Shown here piece after piece: positions 11,300 to 25,074 of a stretch of 64,000 bases of DNA; position 1 is the first letter of the stretch, and the number at the start of each line of letters is the position of its first letter. A model generated the notes under the pieces. The model did no database searches and was not told the DNA's origin. It was given only the letters and a program-made list of their open reading frames with translations. This stretch comes from the human T2T-CHM13v2.0 reference genome, Homo sapiens. The position numbers were made by a program, and so were the translations under genes. The DNA is taken from NCBI RefSeq assembly GCF_009914755.1, contig NC_060932.1. One strand, written 5' to 3'.

Positions 11300-14200
11300 T
11301 CTTTTCCTTTCTTTTTATGTTTTTACTTAATGTCTAGTACATTCAATAATGTTTATATACTATATGTATGTAGAAAGGAAAACATTGTAACAGACAGCTG
11401 TGAAACCACTACCATCTTAAAAAATAGAATATTACCCTTATCTTTGACCATTCTTTCTTTACCCTACACTTATTCTATTTGCTCTCCTCCTTCTGAAATA
11501 AAAAATATACCAAATTTGGGGGTTTATCATTTCCCTGATTTTCTTCATAATTTTATCATTTCTGCATCTTTTAAAATTTTATATAATAGGGATCTTACTA
11601 CTCTATAATGTTCTTCTATTGCACACTTTTTTCGCTCAAAATATCTTTCTTATTTTCTAGCGTATTTTTGCATAAAGTCCTGCTTCATTCATTTTCACTA
11701 ACACACTACTCTCCATGAATTCACCATTTTTTTTCTATTAGACATTAGCATTTGCCTTTCCAGTTTCTGTTACAAGTGATATTTCTCTATTCATTGTTGT
11801 TCATGTCTCCTAGTGTCCATGAGCAAAATATCTTGAGGGTGCATTTACCTAAGAGTGAAATTATCAGATTTTAAGACATGTGAACTTCCCCTCTGCTAGA
11901 TATTATGCACTGGCTTTTCAAAGAGATTTTAGCAATTGGCATACTCACCAAAACTGTATGACAGTTTCTATTGCACCACAATAGTAGGAGTGACAGTTGA
12001 TCACACTGCAGTTTAAATTTGCATTTCTGTGATTCCTAATGATATTAAACATATTATCAAATGTTCACTGGTCGTTCCTGATTCTACCTTTGGCAAGTGG
12101 CTACTTAATTCTTTTGCTCCTTTTTCCACTGAGATATTTGTCTTTTAAAAACTAATTTATTAGAGTTCTTAATATATACTGTATTATAACCTCTTGTCAG
12201 TTGCAAACATTCTTATTGCTTAATTTTTAATTTTAGGGGTGTCTTGAATAAAAATTTTAAATTTTAGTATAGCTGTATTTATCAATCTTGGTGCCTCTTG
12301 GGTCTTACCATGAAGATATTGCCTTATATTTTCTTCCAACATTGTTTAGCTGTCTTTCACATATGCATGGAATCCATATTAAACTGATTTTTCTATAGGC
12401 TCCATTTCATTTTTTTCTACACGGATAACCAATTTTCCTAGCAATATTTATTAAAATGCTAATGATCCCTTCATTGAATTTTCATATCAGTTTTGTCATA
12501 AATTAAATATGTGTGTGTTAATTTTCTCTGGGGTCTATAATTTGTTTAACTGCACTATTTGTCTAAACCACAGCTTATAGCACACTGCCTTTAAAATAAG
12601 TATTGATACTTGGGCACATTCTCATACATTTTCTTTCCTCAAAATAATTGTCCACTCTTGGACTTTCGCTGTTCCATATAAAGCTTAGAGTTAGTCTGTC
12701 CAATTATAGAAACAAAGCATTGTATTACATAAATTTGGAAGTATTGATACATTTATAATATTGTATCTTCCAATACATATAGCGTTCCTTGATATTTCTT
12801 TAAGTTTTATTTAATTTAATATTTTCCAATTAATTTCTATAATTTTCACCATACAGAGATTGTACATCTTTTGTAAGATTTTTTCTTACCTATTTTGTTG
12901 TGTGGCTTGTTGTTACTGTCTTTTTACAAATTATTCTTTTTACTTGTTGCTGGAATGGAGAAAGTAATAGTTTTTGTAGGTTAACTTATAGTCAGTAACC
13001 ACATTAATACTAACAATTTATTTATTCATTCTCTTGGAATTTCTTCAATATAGACACACCAAGTTAAAATAATAACAGTTTCGTTTCTTTGCTGCTAATC
13101 CCTTGGCCTTTCCTTCTTATTCCCTTATATCATAACCTAGTATCACCAGTAGGCTGATGAAAAGGATGATGACTGGTGAAGATTTGTGTCATGTTCCTGA
13201 AATCAACAGGAAACCTTTACTTTTTCCATAAACTTACATGCTGTAGGATTTCGGAGTTATTTTTAACATACCAAGAAAGCATTTTTTTTTCCTAGTTTGG
13301 TAAACTTTTGATTTTTTTATCATGAGTGAATATTGAATGTTAATGTTTTCCTTTATCTACTGAGATGGTCACATAATTTTTCTTATTTATTAATATATTG
13401 AATTCACATTTGAATTCAACAGAAACCAAATTTGAAATATTTGAGTTAACTGAAATGTGTAATAATATATTATTTTTGTAACAACTTTACTGAGACATAA
13501 TTTTCGTTCCATGCAATTTACCATGTAAAGTGTGCAAGTCAATGGTGTTTAGTATAGTCACAGTATATTCACAGTTTTGCAACTGTCACCACAATCAATT
13601 TTAGGATTTTAGAACTGATTAGTTTCATCACTCCAAAATGAAAGCCTGTACTCTTTTGGTGTCCAACACTTTTCAATTATTTTGGATTTCTGTTTTATCT
13701 TATTTTCTCTTTAACCTAAACAATTTATTATTATTATTTTACACAGTACCTGTGTGTTTTGATTAATCCAAATATTTTTTACAGTATTCAATCATCACTC
13801 CTTCTTGTATTTCAGACATCTCAGATATCCATGTAGGAACACTTTCCTTCTGCTTTAATTTTAATTAATGGTAAATGATTGGCAGCAAACTCAATTTTTG
13901 TTTTTGCTTGTCTAAAACATTTGTCTTTTCTTCTCATTTTTAATGGTATTTTGATATGTATTCCAGATTGAAAATCATTTTCTGTGAACATACTGAAGAT
14001 ATAATCTTATCAATGTCTTCTGTCTTTTATTGTTGCTGTTAGAAGTCTGCTTTCAGCCTAGTTTTCATTCATTTTGATTTTATGATCTCTTTGGTGTTCC
14101 ACAGTTTTTGCTACTTATTTGTCTGTGTGTGACATTATGTTGTATTAGTCATACTTGGGATTTATAGGCCTTCCTGAATCTCAAGATCATCATTTTTTAT

Positions 14201-15062
14201 AAATTCACTTAAAGGCAAAGCTTTATTTCTTCAAATATTTCCTCCTACCATTATTTTATTTCTTTCTCTTCAGTCTTTGCTTAAGAATATGCTAGTCATT
14301 CTTAATCTATTTTCAAGTGTCTTAATATTTCTTTTATTTTTTCTCCTCTGTGATATATTCCAAAGATTTCTTTAGCTCTAATTTCAGTTTTTAAATGATG
14401 TTTAAAGGGGTGAGTCTAAAGGCTGTTGTTGAGTTTTATATTTTAATTGTTATAGTTTCTAAAGATTTTTTTCTTTAGTTCTTCTCTGTATCTTCTTGGT
14501 CACTTTTTGTAGCCTCTTTCTCTTTACTCATATTTGAATTAAAAAAATCTTTACGCTTACAAAATATTCTCAATTTATATTTTGTGTCTGATAAACTGAA
14601 TATATGAAGTTCTTGACTTCTGATTTTGTTGTCAATGTTTCCTCAACATGATGAGTTTTTATTCATTATATTTTTGATTCCTGGTGTATTTTGTATGTGG
14701 GTGTCTTTCCGTTTGTTTTTTTGTGTTTGTCTCTACCAACCCATTGTCCACCACTTTGGAACATTATCTCTGAGTATTCATAGAGGATCACGTTACATGT
14801 CTGCTGCTCATGGTTATTCAAGTTTTGCTTTGCATAAATCCAAGAGATGCTTTCTACATTTTGCATATAGAATTCTTGTATAGTTACAATAAAATAGGTT
14901 TTTCACTCAACCATGCCCTCACATGGAGGAATGAGAAACTTTAGCTAATGTTTACTAAATCACATTAGGATTAGCTGTGGAATTGGGAGGTTTGTGTTTG
15001 TTTCTGCAATATGCTTGGAAGCAACAGCAAGCAAGCCAAATTACTTTAAACCCAATTCCCTG

Positions 15063-15103
<41 letters not shown>

Positions 15104-15320
15104 CTCAGGTAGTATAAATGTAGACTGCAAATCTCTGAACTTTCGAAAATTCTGTGGTTTCAACATCTCAAAAAAGATTTTTTTTCCATCTTCACATATC
15201 AACAGGTATGCAAGTTTCTTTCACTGAGGATTGAGGTTAGTGGGGGATCCCCTTTAGTGAGATCTCCAGTTAGACTTCCTATCTTGGGCTGGCCCTGGGT
15301 TTTGTTTTCCATCTGATTGT
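11300..15320 (-). mobile_element. Highly decayed ancient LINE-1 (L1ME/L1M-like) fragments, with a short L1MB-type 3' piece at ~13470-13670
   Basis: T-rich antisense L1 motifs (tttaaatttgcatttctgtgatt; ataaccaattttcctagcaatatttattaaaa). caactttactgagacataatt...gtgtgcaagtcaatgg is an L1MB-type 3' terminus. Confidence 0.7.
15065..15100 (+). repeat. (GT)18 microsatellite
   Basis: Perfect GT dinucleotide run. Confidence 0.98.
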
Positions 15321-15332
15321 CTCAATCATCTG

Positions 15333-15642
15333 TGTCTTAGTCCATTCAGACTGCTATAATAAAATCCCATAAACTGGATAGTTTATAAACAATAGAAATT
15401 TATTCCTCACAGTTCTGGAGGCTGGAAAGTCCAAAATCAAGGTGCCAGCAGATTTGGTGTCTGGTCAGGACTTGCTTTCTGGTTCATAAATGGCACTTTC
15501 TAGCTGTGTCCTCACATGGCAGAAGGGTAGGGCAGGTCTTTGGAGCCTCTTTTTAAGGGCACTAGTCCAGTTTATGAATGCTCTGCCCTCATTACCTAAT
15601 CATCCCTCAAAAGCCCCATCACAAACATTCAGAGGATAGTGT
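15333..15642 (-). mobile_element. MLT1A-like MaLR solo LTR
   Basis: tgtcttagtccattcagactgctataataaaatcccataaactgg...cacagttctggaggctggaaagtccaaaatcaaggtgccagcag. Confidence 0.9.
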
Positions 15643-16239
15643 TGTGTGAAAAAGTTAATAACAATTCACAGGGGTTCACCATATGTCATTAGGACTAAAA
15701 GCTACTTTTATGTTCACCATGTCTCCATAATTTCTTACTTTCTAGTCAACCTATGTGTGCATTTAAAGCTTTAAAAAATTTTATCCACCATTTCTAGTTA
15801 TTTTCAACGGAAAAGAAAGTATCTGGAAAATTGAAAGCAATAATTTGTTTATAGAAAGGCAAATACCTGATATTTTTCAGGAAAATAAATGGAAAAAGCA
15901 ACTCTAACAAAAATATTTTGTTACTAGGACTTATGCTTTAACTGATGATTTTAAAAATATTACAGTGTTAATTATTTTTAAAAAGAGACTTAATTCATTC
16001 GACATAAAATTGATTAAAAGCAATTATAAGAAGTTATGCTGACACTGAACAGGCACTAAATACCCATTGACTGGCTTTACTAATGAAGATTGCTTTACAT
16101 CCCAAGACACTATTATATATTGAAGCAAAATATAATGTCATAAAATGAGTATACAATAAAAGATTAAGCATGTCCCTTGAATACAATAGGCATTTTAAAA
16201 ATATGTCTGAATTGCCTGATTGACTTTAAATGGGAGAAA

Positions 16240-16420
16240 TAGAATTTTCAGATTTAGATAGGTCTTAGAGAAAGTCTAACCCTACCCTTTCATTACACAA
16301 GAGAGTAAACTGAGGAGCAGAGAAGTTACATAAATTGCCCAAAGACATACACCAGCTTAAAGACAGAGCAGAAGCTTCAACCTAGATCTTCCAGTGCTCA
16401 ATTTGTTCACTGGAAACATT
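16240..16420. mobile_element. MIR (MIR3/MIRc-like) fragment
   Basis: cattacacaagagagtaaactgaggagcagagaagttacataaattgcccaaagacatac. Confidence 0.65.
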
Positions 16421-17309
16421 ACTCTAAGTCTGGTCATTATGAGCTACAAAATTCTGGGTGGTTTAAATATTTACTAAGAAACTTTACTGATGGTACCATC
16501 TCTGGATCTTGGGGATCTGCTTAAATTCCACTTACCATGTAGAGGAGAAAGCATCAATGTTTAATTTTAAAACATTTGTCTTAAGATCTCAAACCCAATA
16601 GCAGGTAGTAGCCATGTTCTTAACTGAATATAACTTTAATTCTATTTTTAAATATCACTGTATTTTCCCAAAATTTATAAGGGAAGCTACGAATCAGAAC
16701 AAAGGAACAATCAATGGGATGACTCTTCTAGGGAGTAAACATGCAAAGATTTTGGAACAAGATTATTTATTCATCACAAGTCTATTAACTCAAAGGCAGA
16801 ACTGGGCACACTATGATGATTAATTTCACGGTAATTTATGAGAAGGAGCTTCAGACTCTCATGCCACCACAGATCTATTGCCAGGAAGGCACTCTGGAGA
16901 CTGAAGAGTCATCAAGGCAGTTCAAAGCTTCCAGAAGAAGTCAGAATATCTGAATGCAGTCATCAACGTGGAACAGATCATGAAACTACTTCCATTTTGT
17001 CTTTATTTTATCTTTATTTTTTCAGTAATAATGACTTTAATACTTTCTAAGGGGTACTGACACAGGCCAAGAGGCATCTGGTATAGGCAATATATTCAAG
17101 TCAAGCAACGCTCTAAACTTCCTTTTCTGATGTTGGGAATGTGTTGGCCTATTTTACATTTTTCTGGCTCTAGGAGAATGGCTGTCAAGTATAGGGCTGC
17201 TTTCACTGCAATAGTTTTATTGAAAGTTCATAAAAGTATTTATATTTTAAGAGCCTAGCCATGCTGTGTCACATATAGAATCTAGAATATTTTACTGATT
17301 ACGTTCAAT

Positions 17310-17520
17310 TAGCCAACCACTCTACTGTGTGTTTTTATATGTTTTATCACATTTAATTCTGAAACCTTATACGCACCATCTCAATTTAAAAATAAAGGAG
17401 ACATAGAAATGCTAAATAATTTGCATGAGGTCACAGAGCCAATAAATGGCAGAAATAAACATTTGAATTTGGGGCTCTTTCCTCCAAATTGTGTCTCTCA
17501 CCCTATGTCAATCCACCTCT
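17310..17520. mobile_element. MIR fragment
   Basis: gaaatgctaaataatttgcatgaggtcacagagccaataaatggcaga..atttgaa. Confidence 0.6.
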
Positions 17521-18674
17521 AAAAACAGGAATCCAGTAAGACCAAATATTGGTTTCTGTGATATTTTTCTCTTATCTTTCAGAAATTTTGGAAACAAATT
17601 CTTATCACAGTTACAGATTACAGATCAGTTATTTGACAATGCTGATGCCAAACACCAATTATTCTGACTAAATGGAGAGAAGGAAATCAATTATTTGTGG
17701 AATGAGCAAGCACTTATTTATACCATTCTTTCATATGCCTCCTAATTCTATCTTCCTCCTCTTTTCTAACAGAAGGACTGTACAATTCAAATTTCATACC
17801 AATGTGGAATTTTCTCCAACAGTCTTTTATCTTCTAAAACTGGACAATTCTGTGAGTGAAAGAGAATACCTAAATCACGAAACAGTCATAAGCAGCGATT
17901 ATTCTGGGAAACCAGGTTGTGTGACCTAAGCAATACGAAATTTTGCCTTTCTCTGATCTAGGTTAGACTTTCTAGTCTATAACACACTGTCAAACATCTT
18001 GGTCTACTTTTATGCTTCCATTCCTTTCCACTGAAAATAGAAGCACCATAAGGGTCAATATTGGATTTTATAATTCTTAGTATTTATTTCACAATTATTT
18101 ATATGCATAGCTCCTGACACTTGTAAGAGGGTAAATAGATATTACCTACTAGATTATCTACAAATTAGAGTTTGCTATATACTGTGCACAAATTTAATTC
18201 TTGAGGTAGAATTTTGGCCAAATAATCAAGAATTGAAATCAAGTTTAAAGTGTGTCAGTTTATAAGGGAATAATCCATGATGCAACAACAAATAACCTAG
18301 TGAAAAACAGACATTCCTTCCAACTAAATCTACTTTGAATTAATGTCATCTTACAATCATGTGGGACCAAAAATAAATTTCCAAAAATTAGAGAGATATA
18401 TCAATGATACAAGATGAGGGTCAGAGCTGAGTTATATATACCCAAATGTATAAGCCATATTAAAATAGTCCAAAAACTGTATTCAGAATATAAAATTGAG
18501 GCATAGAAGAATATCTGCTCACCTAAAGCATGATGATAGCAAAATCAAAGAAAGTCAGGTCTCCCGACAGTTGATACAGAGCTAATCCTGAGATTTCACA
18601 CCGCTTCTCATGAGTTTTTGACAAAGAGAAAGTGAGGTGGAAAAGGAGAAAAAGGGCAATGTGGAAAGTCTACG

Positions 18675-18890
18675 TTCTTTCTTTCCTTCCTTCCTTCACT
18701 GTCCACTCCCTCCCTCCCTCCCTCCCTTCCCCCTTCCCTCTTCCCTCCCTCCCTTCTCCCTTCCCTCTTCCCTCCCTCCCTTCCCCCTTCCCTCTTCCCT
18801 CCCTCCTTCCCCCCTTCACCTCCTGCCCTCCATCCCTCCCTCCCTCCCTTCTTTCCTTCCTTCCTTCTTTCCTTCCTTCCTTCTTTCTCC
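18675..18890 (+). repeat. Polypyrimidine low-complexity tract (CCTT/CCCT) with about three copies of a 27-bp unit ccctccctcccttcccccttccctctt
   Basis: Directly visible. The periodicity shows as PSLPSPFPL x3 in chance ORF 18632..18895. Confidence 0.95.
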
Positions 18891-19614
18891 AGTAGGAGTC
18901 CAGGAGCTCAGGACAAAATCATGGATTCTTTCGCATTTCCTTTTTTCTTCTTCTTCTTTCTTTACTTTTCTTTTCTTTTTTTTATTTTTTGCACAGTAGA
19001 TGATTATTTCATAGGTGTGCATGATTTTGTTTTTCAATCTGTGCCATAACTGCAGTGTTTTCCTCAGCTGTGTCCTCGGGAAATGACAATATTTAAATTA
19101 AGTAGGAGTTTTAAATTGCATGTTTAATTTAATTCGTTTACTCCTTTGATTCTACTAAATGGGTGTGACTGTACAAAAAGACAGCAAAATATTGGAACGT
19201 TGAAGGATATTCACTAGAGCATAGACAGTAGCTGATTTATTTTATCTCTCAGGTAATGGGGCTGTTTCCACATGACATCAAAACAACCTTTGAAAGAGGG
19301 AGAAAAATGATCTAACATGTTTTCCCCTATAAAGGCGATAAACCAAATATCCAATGTATTTTTCCTCCTAAGAGGTTTATTTTTAGTTGAGTTACATGAT
19401 TAGTAAGGGAGAGAGTGATAAATGTTGCAAAGTCATAGTGGTATATCATGTTTCTTTAAAAATACAAATGTTTTCTCTCATTAAAGCTTTTTCTTGTCTA
19501 ATTTCCATTATCTACAAAAATAATCTAAATACAATGCTTATTAAGATGGCACATGCACTTGAGAGTTAAAAGGTTTTACAAAGTGGGTATTTTGTTTTAT
19601 TTTTTATTTGGGAA

Positions 19615-20182
19615 GGTTTATTTAATATAATTTCAACTTTTATATTAGATTCAGGGGATACATGTGCAGACTTACATGTGCAGATTACTTTGGTATACTA
19701 CATGATGCTGCGGTTTAGGTTAAAACTGATCCCATCACTCAGGTACTGAGCATAAAACCTTATAACTAGTTTTTCGACTCTTGCTCCCCTCTATTCCTCA
19801 TCCACTAGTAGTTTCCAATTTCTATTGTTGCTGTCTTTATTTACATGAGTACCCAATGTTTAGTCCCCACTTATAAATGAGAGCATGCTGTATTTAGTTT
19901 TCTGTTCCTGAATTAATTTGCTTAGGATAATGCCCTCCAACTGCATCTATGTTGCAGCAAGAAAACAATTTTGTTCTTTTTTTGTGGCCGTATAGTATTG
20001 TTAAATGTATGTACATTTTAACAATATTGATTCTTTCAATCCATGCATGTATAATAAATTTCCATTTCTTTCTATTCCATAGATGTTCAGTAGTTTTCGT
20101 TTTAAAGATCTTTCACTTATTTGATTAATTCCTAGGTATTCCTAGGTATCGTATATACCATGGTGTATAGGTACCAGATTTA
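19615..20182 (-). mobile_element. Old L1PA/L1PB 3' fragment, interrupted at ~20000-20157 by a piece of L1 ORF2
   Basis: tttcaacttttatattagattcagggg..tacatgtgcag 3' end. ...tatagtatt | ccatggtgtata continues after the insert. Confidence 0.85.
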
Positions 20183-23136
20183 CTGTAATGTCAACAACTC
20201 CATGGGTCCATCTATTATTTATTTACTTATATCTTTAAGGCATAGCACAGTATGTGGCATATAGAAAATGCTTATTATTGCCCTGTTAATAGTGGAGACT
20301 TTAAAAAACTACTCAATTACACATTATACATGCTAGACCTTAAGGAAATAACCTCTGGAATATTATAAGCAGGTTATTGGCTGAAGACATAGGTAGAATA
20401 TTGCTGAGGAAAGCTACTCTTCCAAAGGTCCTAATTAAAATAGTGGTTGTGAATAAATTAAACCAACATCTCACACTGAGAAAACTGATAAGAAAATTAA
20501 TATATGAATAGTGTTAAATAAAATGATTTCTTCTTTTTTGTTTGTATTAATTTTTTATTTTTGCAGGCATGTAATAGGTGTATATGCATAGGGTAGATGA
20601 GATAATTTGTTACAGGCATGCAATGTCTAATGATCACATCAGTATAAATGGGGTATCTATCAACTCAAGAAATTATCCCTTTTGTTGCAAAAAATCCAAT
20701 TATACCTTTTAGTTATTATAAATTGTATTATTAAATTATTATTGACTGTGGTCACCCTTTTGTGCTATCAAATACTAAGTCTTATTCATTAGTGTTATTT
20801 TTTCTAAAACGATTTTTATGTACCCATTAGCCATCCCCCCATCACTATCTCACACTACCCTTACCAGCCTCTAGTAACCATCTTCTATTCTGTATCTCCA
20901 TGAGCTCAATTGTTTTTGATTTTTGGCTTTCACAAACAGTGAGGACGTGATGTTTGTCTTTCTGTGCCTGGCTTATTTCACTTAAAATAATGACCTCCAG
21001 TTCCACTCATGTTGTTGCAAATGATAGGATCACATTCTTTTTTATGGATGAATAGTCCTTCCCTGTGTATATGTAACACAATCTCTTTATTCATTCATCT
21101 GTTGATGGACACTTAGGTTGCTTCTAAATCTTGGCTATTATGAATAGTGCTGCAATAAATATAGAAGTGCAAATATCACTTCGATATAATGATTTCCTTT
21201 CTTTTTGGTATATCCCTAGCAGTGGGCTTGCTGGATCATATAACTCTATTTTTAGTTTTTTTGAGGAATGTCCAAGCTGTTCTCCACAGTGGTTGTACTA
21301 ATTTACACTCCCACCAAGTACGAGTGTTCCATTTTCTCCACATTCTCACCAGCATTTGTTATTGCCTGACTTTGATATAAGCAGTTTAAACTGGGGTGAA
21401 ATGATATCTCATTGTAGTTTTTGTATTTCTTTGATGATCAGTGATGTTGAGAAGCTTTTTATTTGCTTGTTTGCTATTTGTTTGTCTTAATGTCTATTCA
21501 AGTCTTTTGCCTATTTTTTAATCAGATTTTTAGATTTCTTTTCCTATAGAGTTGTTTGAGCTCCTTATATATTCTGATTATCAATCCCACATCAGATGGG
21601 CAGTTTGCAAATAATTTCTGTCATTCTGTGGACTGTCTTTTCACATTGTAGACTGTATCCTTTGCTGCGCAGAAGTTTTTTAATTTGATGTAATCTCATT
21701 TGTCCATTTTAGTTTTGGTTGCCTGTGTTTGCAGGGTATTATTCAAGAAATCTTTGCCCTCTTCAATGTCCTGGAGAGTTTCTCCAATGTTTTCTTGTAG
21801 TAGCTTCACAGTTTGAGGTCTTAGATTTAAGTATTTAATCTATTTTGACTTTATTCCTGTATATAGCAAGAGATAGGTGTAGAGTTTCATTCTTCTACAT
21901 ATGGATATCCAATTTTCCCAGCACGACTTATTGAAGAGACTGTCCTTTCTCCAACGTATGTTCTTGGCATCTTTGTCAAAGATAAGTTGCTGTAGATGCA
22001 TGGACCTATTCCTGGCTTCTCTATTCTGTTCCACTGTTCCATGTGTCTGTCTTTATGCCAGTATGATGCCATTTTGCTCACTATAGTTCTGTAGTTTAAT
22101 TTGAAGTCAGGTAATGTGATTCCTCCAGTTTTGTTCTTTTTGCTCAGGATAGCTTCGGGTATTCTGGATCTTTTCTGGTACCATGTAAATTTTAGAATTT
22201 TTGTTTGTTTGTTTCTGTGAAGAATGTCTTTGGTATTTTGATAAGGATTGCCTTGAATCTGTAGATTGCTTTGGGTATTTTAACAATATTGATTCTTCCA
22301 ATCCATGCACATATAACAAGTTTCCATTTCTTGTCTCCTCTTCAATCTCTTCCATAAATGTTCAGTAGTTTTTATTTTAAAGATCTTTTACTTATTTGGT
22401 TAATTCCCAGGTATTTAATTTATTTGGAGCTATTGTAAATGGGATTATGTTCTTGATTTCTTTCAGATTGTTTATTGTCAGCACATAAAAATTCTATGAA
22501 TTTTTGTACGTTGATTTTACATTCTGCAACTTTACAGAATTTATCCATTATAGTACTGTTTTTTGATGGAGTCTTTAGATTTTTTTTCCAAATATAAGAT
22601 CATATCATCTACAAATAGGGATAATTTGATTTTTGACTTCTTCTTTTCCAATTTAGATGCCCTTTATTTCTTCATTTTTTTTCTGATTGCTCTAGCTAGG
22701 ACTTCCAGTATTATGTCGAATAACAGTGGTGAAAGTGGGCATCCTTGTTGTCTTCCATATCTTAGAGGAAAAGCTTTCAGGTTTTCCCCATTCAGTAGGA
22801 TGCTAGCTGTGGGTCTGTCATATTTGGCCTTTATTATGTTGGGGCATGTTTCTTGTATACCCACTTTTTAAGGATTTTTATCACGAAGGGATGTTGAATT
22901 TTATCAAATGCTTTTTCATTATCAATTAAAATGATCTTATGGTTCTTGTCATTCATTCACTTTATATAATGTACCACACTGATTGATTTGCATGTGTTGA
23001 ACCAATCTTGCATCCTGGGGATAAATCCCAGTTGGTCATAATAAATAATCTTTTTAAAGTATTGTGAATTCTGTTTGCTGGTATTCTGTTGAGGATTTTT
23101 GCATCAATATTCATCAGGGATATTGACCTGTAGTTT

Positions 23137-23161
23137 TTGTTGTTGTTGTTGTTGTTGTTGT
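23137..23161 (+). repeat. (TTG)n trinucleotide microsatellite within L1
   Basis: ttgttgttgttgttgttgttgttg. Confidence 0.9.
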
Positions 23162-25025
23162 GTCTTCGGTTTCAGTGTCAGGATAATACTTGTCTCAGAA
23201 TTAGTTTGGAAATATTCTCTCCTCCTATATTTTTCTTCATAGTTTAAGTAGGATTGGTATTAGTTATTATTTAAATGTTTGGTAGGATTCAGCAGCGATG
23301 CTATTTGATCCTGGGCTTTTCTTTGCTGGGAGAATTTTTGTTACATCTTCGATCTTGTTACTTGCTATTTGTTTGTTTAAGTTTTGGATTTCTTCATGAT
23401 TCAGTCTTGGTAAATTATATGTTATCTAGGAACCTATGTATTTCTTCTAGGTTTTCCAATTTATTGGCATATAGTTGCTCATAGTAGCAACTAATGATGG
23501 TTTGAATTCTGTGGTATTAATTGTTATGTCTCCTTCTTCATCTTTGATTTTATTTATTTGGATCTTCTCTATTTTCTGCTAGGTTGGCTAAAGATTTTTC
23601 AATTTTTTATTTTTTATTTAATTATTTATTTTACTTTTCAAAAAACCAACTTTTTGTTTTGTTGATCTTTTGTATGTTGTCTTCATTTCAAATTCATTTA
23701 TTTCTTCTCTGATCTTTATTATTTCTTTTCTTGTGCCAATTTTTGGTTTGGTTTGCTCTTGAATTTTAGTTCTTTAAGGATGCATCATTAAGTTATTTAT
23801 TTGAAGTTGTCTTTAATTTTTGAGGAAGGCATTTGTAGCTATAAACTTTCCTCTTACTACTGCTTTTGCTGTATCCCATAGGTTTTGGTGTGTTGTGTTT
23901 CCATTACCATTTGTTTCAATAAATTTTTCAACTTCCATCTTAATTTCTCCATTGACCCACTGGTGTTTCAGGAGAATACTGAATTTCCATGTGTCTGTAT
24001 ACTTTCCAAAATTCCTTTTGTTATTGATTTTTAGTTTTATCCCATTGTGGTCAGGGAATATGCTTGATATTATTTCATTTTTTTGAATGTTTAAGGGCCT
24101 GTTTTGTGATCTAACATATGGTCTATTTTTGAGAATGATCCATGTGCTAAAGAGAAGAATGTGTATTCTGCAGCCATTGGATAAAATGTTCTGTAAGTAT
24201 CTATTTGACCCACTTGGTATACAGTGCAAATCAAGTCTGATGATTCTTTGTCTTCTATTTGGAAGGTCTGTCTAAAGCTGAAAGTGGGGTGTTGAAGTCT
24301 CCAGCTATTATTGTATTGGGGTTTATCTCTCTCCTTAGCTCTAATAATCTTTGCTTTATATATCTGAGTGCTCCAGTTTGGGATGCACATATATTAAATT
24401 TGTTATATCTTCTTGCTGAATTGACCCCTTTACCATTATATAATAACCTTTTTCATCTTTTCTTATAGTTTTTGTCTTGAAATATGTTAATATTTTGTCT
24501 GATATAAGTATAGCTACTCCTGCTCTTTTTCAATTTCTATTGGTATGGAATATCTTTTTCCATTTATTTATTTTCAGTCTATATGTCTGTGTATAGTTGA
24601 AGTGTGTTTTCTGTGGCAGACAGATAATTGGGTCTTGATTTTTTATCCATTCAGCCAGTCTATGTCTTTTGATTGCAAAATTTAGTCCATTGACATTCAA
24701 TGTTATTATTGATAGGTAAGGACTTACCCCTGACATTTTGTGATTTTTTTATTCTGGTTGTTTTGTGGTCTTCTCTTCCTTCCGGTATTCCTTTTAGTGA
24801 AGATGATTTTCTCTGGGGGTATGATTAAATTTATTACTTGTCATTTTCTGTGTATCCATTGTATGTTTTTTGATTTGAGATTACCATGAGGCTTGCAAAT
24901 ACTATCGTAAAACTCATTATTCTAAGCTGATGACAACACTGAGTGCATAAAGAAACAAAGCAAAAAAACCTAATAAAAGCTCTACACTTTTATTTCATCC
25001 TACTGCTCTTTAACTTTTCGATTTT

Positions 25026-25073
<48 letters not shown>
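25026..25073 (+). repeat. (TCTA)12 / GATA tetranucleotide STR in the L1 inter-ORF region
   Basis: Twelve perfect TCTA units. Confidence 0.97.

Positions 25074-25074
<1 letters not shown>

Noticed and set aside
18632-19037. Pro/Ser-rich and Lys/Glu-rich ORFs
   Set aside because: They are translations of a low-complexity CT tract.
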